A stretch of DNA of 64,000 nucleotides, taken from NCBI GenBank assembly GCA_964016885.1, contig OZ024743.1, forward strand, positions 280,550,001-280,614,000, in the 5' to 3' direction. Below, piece by piece: positions 41,701 through 56,700 of the stretch; within the stretch, counting starts at the first letter, position 1; every line of letters begins with the position of its first letter. Both the position numbers and the translations under genes were made by a program. The DNA comes from Eledone cirrhosa (lineage: Eukaryota). The notes beneath the pieces were generated by a model, which was not told the origin of the DNA, did not search any database, and saw only the letters and a list, made by a program, of their open reading frames with translations.

Positions 41701-44700
41701 TACTAACCATCAGTATTATGACTATGATTCAATGTCATCACAATCTTACTAACCATCAGTAGCATGACTATGATTCAATGTCTTCACAATCTTACTAACC
41801 ATCAGTATCATGACTATGATTCAATGTCTTCACAATCTTACTAACCATCAGTATGATGAATATGATTGAATGTCTTCACAATCTTACTAACCATCAGTAT
41901 CATGAATATGATTGAATGTCTTCACAATCTTGCTAACCATCTGTATCATGACTATGATTCAATGTCTTCACAATCTTACTAACCATCAGTATGATGACTA
42001 TGATTCAATGTCTTCACAATCTTACTAACCATCAGTATGATGACTATAATTCAATGTCTTCACAATCTTACTAACCATCAGTATGATGACTATGATTCAA
42101 TGTCTTCACAATCTTACTAACCATCAGTACCATGACTATGATTCAATGTCATCACAATCTTACCAACCATCAATATGATGACTATGATTCAATGTCTTCA
42201 CAATCTTACTAACCATCAGTATCATGACTATAATTCAATGTCTTCACAATCTTACTAGCCATCAGTATCATGACTATGATTCAATGTCTTCACAATCTTA
42301 CTAACCATCAGTATGATGACTATGATTCAATGTCTTCACAATCTTACTAACCATCAGTATGATGACTATGATTCAATGTCTTCACAATATTACTAACCAT
42401 CAGTATGATGACTATGATTCAATGTCTTCACAATCTTACTAACCATTAGTATGATGACTATGTTTCAATGTCTTCACAATCTTACTAACCATCAGTATCA
42501 TGACTATGATTCAATGTCTTCACAATCTTACTAACCATCAGTATCATGACTATGATTGAATGTCTTCACAATCTTACTAACCATCAGTATGATGACTATG
42601 ATTGAATGTCTTCACAATCTTACTAACCATCACTATGATGACTATGATTCAATGTATTCACAATCTTACTAACCATCAGTATGATGACTATGATTGAATG
42701 TCTTCACAATCTTACTAACCATCAGTATCATGACTATGATTCAATGTCATCACAATCTTACCAACCATCAGTATGATGACTATGATTCAATGTTTTCACA
42801 ATCTTACTAACCATCAGTACCATGACTATGATTCAATGTCATCACAATCTTACCAACCATCAGTATGATGACTATGATTCAATGTCTTCACAATCTTACT
42901 AACCATCAGTATGATGACTATAATTCAATGTCTTCACAATCTTACTAACCATCAGTATGATGACTATGATTCAATGTCTTCACAATCTTACTAACCATCA
43001 GTATGATGACTATGATTCAATGTCTTCACAATTTAACTAACCATCAGTATCATGACTATGATTCAATGTCTTGACAATCTTACTAACCATCATTATGATG
43101 ACTATGGTTCAATGTCTTCACAATCTTACTAACCATCAGTATCATGACTATGATTCAATGTCTTCACAATCTTACTAACCATCAGTATGATGACTATTAT
43201 TCAATGTCTTCACAATCTTACTAACCATGAGTATGATGACTATGATTCAATGTCTTCACAATTTTACTACCCATCAGTATGATGACTATGATTCAATGTC
43301 TTCACAATCTTACTAACCATCAGTATGATGACTATTATTCAATGTCTTCACAATCTTACTAACCATCAGTACCATGACTATGATTCAATGTCATCACAAT
43401 CTTACCAACCATCAATATGATGACTATAATTCAATGTCTTCACAATCTTACTAGCCATCAGTATCATGACTATGATTCAATGTCTTCACAATCTTACTAA
43501 CCATCAGTATGATGACTATGATTCAATGTCTTCACAATCTTACTAACCATCAGTATGATGACTATGATTCAATGTCTTCACAATATTACTAACCATCAGT
43601 ATGATGACTATGATTCAATGTCTTCACAATCTTACTAACCATTAGTATGATGACTATGTTTCAATGTCTTCACAATCTTACTAACCATCAGTATCATGAC
43701 TATGATTCAATGTCTTCACAATCTTACTAACCATCAGTATCATGACTATGATTGAATGTCTTCACAATCTTACTAACCATCAGTATGATGACTATGATTG
43801 AATGTCTTCACAATCTTACTAACCATCACTATGATGACTATGATTCAATGTATTCACAATCTTACTAACCATCAGTATGATGACTATGATTGAATGTCTT
43901 CACAATCTTACTAACCATCAGTATCATGACTATGATTCAATGTCATCACAATCTTACCAACCATCAGTATGATGACTATGATTCAATGTTTTCACAATCT
44001 TACTAACCATCAGTACCATGACTATGATTCAATGTCATCACAATCTTACCAACCATCAGTATGATGACTATGATTCAATGTCTTCACAATCTTACTAACC
44101 ATCAGTATGATGACTATAATTCAATGTCTTCACAATCTTACTAACCATCAGTATGATGACTATGATTCAATGTCTTCACAATCTTACTAACCATCAGTAT
44201 GATGACTATGATTCAATGTCTTCACAATTTAACTAACCATCAGTATCATGACTATGATTCAATGTCTTGACAATCTTACTAACCATCATTATGATGACTA
44301 TGGTTCAATGTCTTCACAATCTTACTAACCATCAGTATCATGACTATGATTCAATGTCTTCACAATCTTACTAACCATCAGTATGATGACTATTATTCAA
44401 TGTCTTCACAATCTTACTAACCATGAGTATGATGACTATGATTCAATGTCTTCACAATTTTACTACCCATCAGTATGATGACTATGATTCAATGTCTTCA
44501 CAATCTTACTAACCATCAGTATTATGACTATGATTCAATGACTTCACAATCTTACTAACCATCAGTATGATGACTATGATTCAATGTCTTCACAATGTTA
44601 CTAACCATCAGTATGATGACTATGATTCAATGTCATCACAATCTTACTAACCATCAGTATGGTGACTATGATTCAATGTCATCACAATATTACTAACCAT

Positions 44701-47700
44701 CAGTATGATGACTATGATTCAATGTCTTCACAATCTTACTAACCATCAGTACCATGACTATGATTCAATGTCTTCACAATCTTAGTAACAGTCAGTATCA
44801 TGACTATGATTCAATGTCATCACAATCTTACTAACCATTAGAATGATGACTATGATTCAATGTCTTCACAATCTTACTAACCATCAGTATCATGACTATG
44901 ATTCAATGTCATCACAATCTTACTAACAGTCAGTATCATGACTATGATTCAATGTCATCACAATCTTACTAACCATCAATATGATGACTATGTTTCAATG
45001 TCTTCACAATCTTACTAACCATCAGCATGATGACTATGATTCAATGTCTTCACAATCTTACTAACCATCAGTATGATGAATATGATTGAATGTCTTCACA
45101 ATCTTACTAACCATCAGTATCATGAATATGATTGAATGTCTTCACAATCTTACTAACCATCAGTATCATGACTATGATTCAATGTCTTCACAATCTTACT
45201 AACCATCAGTATGATGACTATGATTCAATGTCTTCACAATCTTACTAACCATCAGTATGATGACTATGATTCAATGTCTTCACAATCTTACTAACCATCA
45301 GTATCATGACTATGATTCAATGTCATCACAATCTTACCAACCATCAGTATGATGACTATGATTCAATGTTTTCACAATCTTACTAACCATCAGTACCATG
45401 ACTATGATTCAATGTCATCACAATCTTACCAACCATCAGTATGATGACTATGATTCAATGTCTTCACAATCTTACTAACCATCAGTATCATGACTATAAT
45501 TCAATGTCTTCACAATCTTACTAACCATCAGTATGATGACTATGATTCAATGTCTTCACAATCTTACTAACCATCAGTATCATGACTATGATTCAATGGC
45601 TTCACAATCTTACTAACCATCAGTATGATGACTATGATTCAATGTCTTCACAATCTTACTAACCATCAGTATGATGACTATGATTCAATGTCATCACAAT
45701 CTTACTAACTATCAGTATGATGACTATGATTCAATGTCTTGACAATCTTCCTAACCATCATTATGATGACTATGGTTCAATGTCTTCACAATCTTACTAA
45801 CCATCAGTATCATGACTATGGTTCAATGTCTTCACAATCTTACTAACCATCAGTATGATGACTATGATTCAATGTCTTCACAATCTTACTAACCATCAGT
45901 ATGATGACTATGATTCAATGTCTTCACAATCTTACTAACCATTAGTATGATGACTATGATTCAATGTCTTCACAATCTTACTAACCATCACTATGATGAC
46001 TATGATTCAATGTATTCACAATCTTACGAACCATCAGTATGATGACTATGGTTGAATGTCTTCACAATCTTACTAACCATCAGTATGATGACTATGATTC
46101 AATGTCATCACAATCTTACTAACCATCAGTAGCATGACTATGATTCAATGTCTTCACAATCTTACTAACCATCAGTATCATGACTATGATTCAATGTCTT
46201 CACAATCTTACTAACCATCAGTATGATGAATATGATTGAATGTCTTCACAATCTTACTAACCATCAGTATCATGAATATGATTGAATGTCTTCACAATCT
46301 TGCTAACCATCTGTATCATGACTATGATTCAATGTCTTCACAATCTTACTAACCATCAGTATGATGACTATGATTCAATGTCTTCACAATCTTACTAACC
46401 ATCAGTATGATGACTATAATTCAATGTCTTCACAATCTTACTAACCATCAGTATGATGACTATGATTCAATGTCTTCACAATCTTACTAACCATCAGTAT
46501 GATGACTATGATTCAATGTCTTCACAATCTTACTAACCATCAGTATCATGACTATGATTCGATGGCTTCACAATCTTACTAACCATCAGTATGATGACTA
46601 TGATTCAATGTCTTCACAATCTTACTAACCATCAGTATCATGACTATGATTCAATGTCTTCACAATCTTACTAACCATCAGTATGATGACTATGATTCAA
46701 TGTCTTCACAATCTTACTAACCATCAGTATGATGACTATGTTTCAATGTCTTCACAATCTTACTAACCATCAGTATGATGACTATGATTGAATGTCTTCA
46801 CAATCTTACTAACCATCAGTATGATGACTATGATTCAATGTCATCACAATCTTACCAACCATCAGTATGATTACTATGATTCAATGTTTTCACAATCTTA
46901 CTAACCATCAGTACCATGACTATGATTCAATGTCATTACAATCTTACCAACCATCAATATGATGACTATGATTCAATGTCTTCACAATCTTACTAACCAT
47001 CAGTATCATGACTATAATTCAATGTCTTCACAATCTTACTAGCCATCAGTATCATGACTATGATTTAATGTCTTCACAATCTTACTAACCATCAGTATGA
47101 TGACTATGATTCAATGTCTTCACAATCTTACTAACCATTAGTATGATGACTATGTTTCAATGTCTTCACAATCTTACTAACCATCAGTATGGTGACTATG
47201 ATTCAATGTCATCACAATATTACTAACCATCAGTATGATGACTATGATTCAATGTCTTCACAATCTTACTAACCATCAGTATCATGACTAAGATTCAATG
47301 GCTTCACAATCTTACTAACCATCAGTATGATGACTATGATTCAATGTCTTCACAATCTTACTAACCATCAGTATGATGACTATGATTCAATGTCTTCACA
47401 ATTTAACTAACCATCAGTATCATGACTATGATTCAATGTCTTCACAATCTTACTAACCATCAGTATGATGACTATGATTCAATGTCTTCACAATCTTACT
47501 AACCATCAGTATCATGACTATGATTGAATGTCTTCACAATCTTACTAACCATCAGTATGATGACTATGATTCAATGTGTTCACAATCTTACTAACCATCA
47601 GTATGATGACTATGATTCAATGTCTTCACAATCTTACTAACCATCAGTATCATGACTATGACTCAATGTCTTCACAATCTTACTAACCATCAGTATGATG

Positions 47701-50700
47701 ACTAACATTCAATGTCTTCACAATCTTACTAACCATCAGTATCATGACTATGATTCAATTACTTCACAATCTTACTAACCATTAGTATGATGACTATGAT
47801 TCAATGTCTTCACAATCTTACTAACCATCACTATGATGACTATGATTCAATGTATTCACAATCTTACGAACCATCAGTACGATGACTATGATTGAATGTC
47901 TTCACAATCTTACTAACCATCAGTATGATGACTATGATTCAATGTCATCACAATCTTACTAACCATCAGTAGCATGACTATGATTCAATGTCTTCACAAT
48001 CTTACTAACCATCAGTATCATGACTATGATTCAATGTCTTCACAATCTTACTAACCATCAGTATGATGAATATGATTGAATGTCTTCACAATCTTACTAA
48101 CCATCAGTATCATGAATATGATTGAATGTCTTCACAATCTTACTAACCATCTGTATCATGACTATGATTCAATGTCTTCACAATCTTACTAACCATCAGT
48201 ATGATGACTATGATTCAATGTCTTCACAATCTTACTAACCATCAGTATGATGACTATAATTCAATGTCTTCACAATCTTACTAACCATCAGTATGATGAC
48301 TATGATTCAATGTCTTCACAATCTTACTAACCATCAGTATGATGACTATGATTCAATGTCTTCACAATCTTACTAACCATCAGTATCATGACTATGATTC
48401 GATGGCTTCACAATCTTACTAACCATCAGTATGATGACTATGATTCAATGTCTTCACAATCTTACTAACCATCAGTATCATGACTATGATTCAATGTCTT
48501 CACAATCTTACTAACCATCAGTATGATGACTATGATTCAATGTCTTCACAATCTTACTAACCATCAGTATGATGACTATGTTTCAATGTCTTCACAATCT
48601 TACTAACCATCAGTATGATGACTATGATTGAATGTCTTCACAATCTTACTAACCATCAGTATGATGACTATGATTCAATGTCATCACAATCTTACCAACC
48701 ATCAGTATGATTACTATGATTCAATGTTTTCACAATCTTACTAACCATCAGTACCATGACTATGATTCAATGTCATTACAATCTTACCAACCATCAATAT
48801 GATGACTATGATTCAATGTCTTCACAATCTTACTAACCATCAGTATCATGACTATAATTCAATGTCTTCACAATCTTACTAGCCATCAGTATCATGACTA
48901 TGATTTAATGTCTTCACAATCTTACTAACCATCAGTATGATGACTATGATTCAATGTCTTCACAATCTTACTAACCATCAGTATGATGACTATGATTCAA
49001 TGTCTTCACAATATTACTAACTATCAGTATGATGACTATGATTCAATGTCTTCACAATCTTACTAACCATTAGTATGATGACTATGTTTCAATGTCTTCA
49101 CAATCTTACTAACCATCAGTATGGTGACTATGATTCAATGTCATCACAATATTACTAACCATCAGTATGATGACTATGATTCAATGTCTTCACAATCTTA
49201 CTAACCATCAGTATCATGACTAAGATTCAATGTCTTCACAATCTTACTAACCATCAGTATGATGACTATGATTCAATGTCTTCACAATCTTACTAACCAT
49301 CAGTATGATGACTATGATTCAATGTCTTCACAATCTTACTAACCATCAGTATCATGACTATGATTGAATGTCTTCACAATCTTACTAACCATCAGTATGA
49401 TGACTATGATTCAATGTGTTCACAATCTTACTAACCATCAGTATGATGACTATGATTCAATGTCTTCACAATCTTACTAACCATCAGTATCATGACTATG
49501 ACTCAATGTCTTCACAATCTTACTAACCATCAGTATGATGACTAACATTCAATGTCTTCACAATCTTACTAACCATCAGTATCATGATTATGATTCAATT
49601 ACTTCACAATCTTACTAACCATCAGTATGATGACTATGATTGAATGTCTTCACAATCTTACTAACCATCAGTATCATGACTATGATTCAATGTCATCACA
49701 ATCTTACCAACCATCAGTATGATTACTATGATTCAATGTTTTCACAATCTTACTAACCATCAGTACCATGACTATGATTCAATGTCATCACAATCTTACC
49801 AACCATCAATATGATGACTATGATTCAATGTCTTCACAATCTTACTAACCATCAGTATCATGACTATAATTCAATGTCTTCACAATCTTACTAGCCATCA
49901 GTATCATGACTATGATTCAATGTCTTCACAATCTTACTAACCATCAGTATGATGACTATGATTCAATGTCTTCACAATCTTACTAACCATCAGTATGATG
50001 ACTATGATTCAATGTCTTCACAATATTACTAACCATCAGTATGATGACTATGATTCAATGTCTTCACAATCTTACTAACCATTAGTATGTTGACTATGTT
50101 TCAATGTCTTCACAATCTTACTAACCATCAGTATCATGACTATGATTCAATGTCTTCACAATCTTACTAACCATCAGTATCATGACTATGATTGAATGTC
50201 TTCACAATCTTACTAACCATCAGTATGATGACTATGATTGAATGTCTTCACAATCTTACTAACCATCACTATGATGACTATGATTCAATGTCATCACAAT
50301 CTTACCAACCATCAGTATGATGACTATGATTCAATGTTTTCACAATCTTACTAACCATCAGTACCATGACTATGATTCAATGTCATCACAATCTTACCAA
50401 CCATCAGTATGATGACTATGATTCAATGTCTTCACAATCTTACTAACCATCAGTATGATGACTATAATTCAATGTCTTCACAATCTTACTAACCATCAGT
50501 ATGATGACTATGATTCAATGTCTTCACAATCTTACTAACCATCAGTATGATGACTATGATTCAATGTCTTCACAATTTAACTAACCATCAGTATCATGAC
50601 TATGATTCAATGTCTTGACAATCTTACTAACCATCATTATGATGACTATGGTTCAATGTCTTCACAATCTTACTAACCATCAGTATCATGACTATGATTC

Positions 50701-53700
50701 AATGTCTTCACAATCTTACTAACCATCAGTATGATGACTATTATTCAATGTCTTCACAATCTTACTAACCATGAGTATGATGACTATGATTCAATGTCTT
50801 CACAATTTTACTACCCATCAGTATGATGACTATGATTCAATGTCTTCACAATCTTACTAACCATCAGTATGATGACTATTATTCAATGTCTTCACAATCT
50901 TACTAACCATCAGTACCATGACTATGATTCAATGTCATCACAATCTTACCAACCATCAATATGATGACTATAATTCAATGTCTTCACAATCTTACTAGCC
51001 ATCAGTATCATGACTATGATTCAATGTCTTCACAATCTTACTAACCATCAGTATGATGACTATGATTCAATGTCTTCACAATCTTACTAACCATCAGTAT
51101 GATGACTATGATTCAATGTCTTCACAATATTACTAACCATCAGTATGATGACTATGATTCAATGTCTTCACAATCTTACTAACCATTAGTATGATGACTA
51201 TGTTTCAATGTCTTCACAATCTTACTAACCATCAGTATCATGACTATGATTCAATGTCTTCACAATCTTACTAACCATCAGTATCATGACTATGATTGAA
51301 TGTCTTCACAATCTTACTAACCATCAGTATGATGACTATGATTGAATGTCTTCACAATCTTACTAACCATCACTATGATGACTATGATTCAATGTATTCA
51401 CAATCTTACTAACCATCAGTATGATGACTATGATTGAATGTCTTCACAATCTTACTAACCATCAGTATCATGACTATGATCCAATGTCATCACAATCTTA
51501 CCAACCATCAGTATGATGACTATGATTCAATGTTTTCACAATCTTACTAACCATCAGTACCATGACTATGATTCAATGTCATCACAATCTTACCAACCAT
51601 CAGTATGATGACTATGATTCAATGTCTTCACAATCTTACTAACCATCAGTATGATGACTATAATTCAATGTCTTCACAATCTTACTAACCATCAGTATGA
51701 TGACTATGATTCAATGTCTTCACAATCTTACTAACCATCAGTATGATGACTATGATTCAATGTCTTCACAATTTAACTAACCATCAGTATCATGACTATG
51801 ATTCAATGTCTTGACAATCTTACTAACCATCATTATGATGACTATGGTTCAATGTCTTCACAATCTTACTAACCATCAGTATCATGACTATGATTCAATG
51901 TCTTCACAATCTTACTAACCATCAGTATGATGACTATTATTCAATGTCTTCACAATCTTACTAACCATGAGTATGATGACTATGATTCAATGTCTTCACA
52001 ATTTTACTACCCATCAGTATGATGACTATGATTCAATGTCTTCACAATCTTACTAACCATCAGTATTATGACTATGATTCAATGACTTCAAAATCTTACT
52101 AACCATCAGTATGATGACTATGATTCAATGTCTTCACAATGTTACTAACCATCAGTATGATGACTATGATTCAATGTCATCACAATCTTACTAACCATCA
52201 GTATGGTGACTATGATTCAATGTCATCACAATATTACTAACCATCAGTATGATGACTATGATTCAATGTCTTCACAATCTTACTAACCATCAGTATCATG
52301 ACTAAGATTCAATGTCTTCACAATCTTACTAACCATCAGTATGATGACTATGATTCAATGTCTTCACAATCTTACTAACCATCAGTATGATGACTATGAT
52401 TCAATGTCTTCACAATCTTACTAACCATCAGTACCATGACTATGATTCAATGTCTTCACAATCTTACTAACCATCAGTATGATGACTATGATTCAATGTC
52501 TTCACAATCTTACTAACCATCAGTATCATGACTATGATTCAATTACTTCACAATCTTACTAACCATCAGTATGATGACTATGATTCAATGTCTTCACAAT
52601 CTTACTAACCATCAGTATCATGACTATGATTCAATGTCATCACAATCTTACCAACCATCAGTATGATTACTATGATTCAATGTTTTCACAATCTTACTAA
52701 CCATCAGTACCATGACTATGATTCAATGTCATCACAATCTTACCAACCATCAATATGATGACTATGATTCAATGTCTTCACAATCTTACTAACCATCAGT
52801 ATCATGACTATAATTCAATGTCTTCACAATCTTACTAGCCATCAGTATCATGACTATGATTCAATGTCTTCACAATCTTACTAACCATCAGTATGATGAC
52901 TATGATTCAATGTCTTCACAATCTTACTAACCATCAGTATGATGACTATGATTCAATGTCTTCACAATATTACTAACCATCAGTATGATGACTATGATTC
53001 AATGTCTTCACAATCTTACTAACCATTAGTATGATGACTATGTTTCAATGTCTTCACAATCTTACTAACCATCAGTATCATGACTATGATTCAATGTCTT
53101 CACAATCTTACTAACCATCAGTATCATGACTATGATTGAATGTCTTCACAATCTTACTAACCATCAGTATGATGACTATGATTGAATGTCTTCACAATCT
53201 TACTAACCATCACTATGATGACTATGATTCAATGTATTCACAATCTTACTAACCATCAGTATGATGACTATGATTGAATGTCTTCACAATCTTACTAACC
53301 ATCAGTATCATGACTATGATTCAATGTCATCACAATCTTACCAACCATCAGTATGATGACTATGATTCAATGTTTTCACAATCTTACTAACCATCAGTAC
53401 CATGACTATGATTCAATGTCATCACAATCTTACCAACCATCAGTATGATGACTATGATTCAATGTCTTCACAATCTTACTAACCATCAGTATGATGACTA
53501 TAATTCAATGTCTTCACAATCTTACTAACCATCAGTATGATGACTATGATTCAATGTCTTCACAATCTTACTAACCATCAGTATGATGACTATGATTCAA
53601 TGTCTTCACAATTTAACTAACCATCAGTATCATGACTATGATTCAATGTCTTGACAATCTTACTAACCATCATTATGATGACTATGGTTCAATGTCTTCA

Positions 53701-56700
53701 CAATCTTACTAACCATCAGTATCATGACTATGATTCAATGTCTTCACAATCTTACTAACCATCAGTATGATGACTATTATTCAATGTCTTCACAATCTTA
53801 CTAACCATGAGTATGATGACTATGATTCAATGTCTTCACAATTTTACTACCCATCAGTATGATGACTATGATTCAATGTCTTCACAATCTTACTAACCAT
53901 CAGTATGATGACTATTATTCAATGTCTTCACAATCTTACTAACCATCAGTACCATGACTATGATTCAATGTCATCACAATCTTACCAACCATCAATATGA
54001 TGACTATAATTCAATGTCTTCACAATCTTACTAGCCATCAGTATCATGACTATGATTCAATGTCTTCACAATCTTACTAACCATCAGTATGATGACTATG
54101 ATTCAATGTCTTCACAATCTTACTAACCATCAGTATGATGACTATGATTCAATGTCTTCACAATATTACTAACCATCAGTATGATGACTATGATTCAATG
54201 TCTTCACAATCTTACTAACCATTAGTATGATGACTATGTTTCAATGTCTTCACAATCTTACTAACCATCAGTATCATGACTATGATTCAATGTCTTCACA
54301 ATCTTACTAACCATCAGTATCATGACTATGATTGAATGTCTTCACAATCTTACTAACCATCAGTATGATGACTATGATTGAATGTCTTCACAATCTTACT
54401 AACCATCACTATGATGACTATGATTCAATGTATTCACAATCTTACTAACCATCAGTATGATGACTATGATTGAATGTCTTCACAATCTTACTAACCATCA
54501 GTATCATGACTATGATTCAATGTCATCACAATCTTACCAACCATCAGTATGATGACTATGATTCAATGTTTTCACAATCTTACTAACCATCAGTACCATG
54601 ACTATGATTCAATGTCATCACAATCTTACCAACCATCAGTATGATGACTATGATTCAATGTCTTCACAATCTTACTAACCATCAGTATGATGACTATAAT
54701 TCAATGTCTTCACAATCTTACTAACCATCAGTATGATGACTATGATTCAATGTCTTCACAATCTTACTAACCATCAGTATGATGACTATGATTCAATGTC
54801 TTCACAATTTAACTAACCATCAGTATCATGACTATGATTCAATGTCTTGACAATCTTACTAACCATCATTATGATGACTATGGTTCAATGTCTTCACAAT
54901 CTTACTAACCATCAGTATCATGACTATGATTCAATGTCTTCACAATCTTACTAACCATCAGTATGATGACTATTATTCAATGTCTTCACAATCTTACTAA
55001 CCATGAGTATGATGACTATGATTCAATGTCTTCACAATTTTACTACCCATCAGTATGATGACTATGATTCAATGTCTTCACAATCTTACTAACCATCAGT
55101 ATTATGACTATGATTCAATGACTTCACAATCTTACTAACCATCAGTATGATGACTATGATTCAATGTCTTCACAATGTTACTAACCATCAGTATGATGAC
55201 TATGATTCAATGTCATCACAATCTTACTAACCATCAGTATGGTGACTATGATTCAATGTCATCACAATATTACTAACCATCAGTATGATGACTATGATTC
55301 AATGTCTTCACAATCTTACTAACCATCAGTACCATGACTATGATTCAATGTCTTCACAATCTTACTAACCATCAGTATGATGACTATGATTCAATGTCTT
55401 CACAATCTTACTAACCATCAGTATCATGACTATGATTGAATGTCTTCACAATCTTACTAACCATCAGTATGATGACTATGATTCAATGTCTTCACAATCT
55501 TACTAACCATCAGTATGATGACTATGATTCAATGTCTTCACAATCTTACTAACCATCAGTATCATGACTATGACTCAATGTCTTCACAATCTTACTAACC
55601 ATCTGTATGATGACTAAGATTCAATGTCTTCACAATCTTACTAACCATCAGTATCATGACTATGATTCAATTACTTCACAATCTTACTAACCATCAGTAT
55701 GATGACTATGATTGAATGTCTTCACAATCTTACTAACCATCAGTATCATGACTATGATTCAATGTCATCACAATCTTACCAACCATCAGTATGATTACTA
55801 TGATTCAATGTTTTCACAATCTTACTAACCATCAGTACCATGACTATGATTCAATGTCATCACAATCTTACCAACCATCAATATGATGACTATGATTCAA
55901 TGTCTTCACAATCTTACTAACCATCAGTATCATGACTATAATTCAATGTCTTCACAATCTTACTAGCCATCAGTATCATGACTATGATTCAATGTCTTCA
56001 CAATCTTACTAACCATCAGTATGATGACTATGATTCAATGTCTTCACAATCTTACTAACCATCAGTATGATGACTATGATTCAATGTCTTCACAATATTA
56101 CTAACCATCAGTATGATGACTATGATTCAATGTCTTCACAATCTTACTAACCATTAGTATGATGACTATGTTTCAATGTCTTCACAATCTTACTAACCAT
56201 CAGTATCATGACTATGATTCAATGTCTTCATAATCTTACTAACCATCAGTATCATGACTATGATTGAATGTCTTCACAATCTTACTAACCATCAGTATGA
56301 TGACTATGATTGAATGTCTTCACAATCTTACTAACCATCACTATGATGACTATGATTCAATGTATTCACAATCTTACTAACCATCAGTATGATGACTATG
56401 ATTGAATGTCTTCACAATCTTACTAACCATCAGTATCATGACTATGATTCAATGTCATCACAATCTTACCAACCATCAGTATGATGACTATGATTCAATG
56501 TTTTCACAATCTTACTAACCATCAGTACCATGACTATGATTCAATGTCATCACAATCTTACCAACCATCAGTATGATGACTATGATTCAATGTCTTCACA
56601 ATCTTACTAACCATCAGTATGATGACTATAATTCAATGTCTTCACAATCTTACTAACCATCAGTATGATGACTATGATTCAATGTCTTCACAATCTTACT

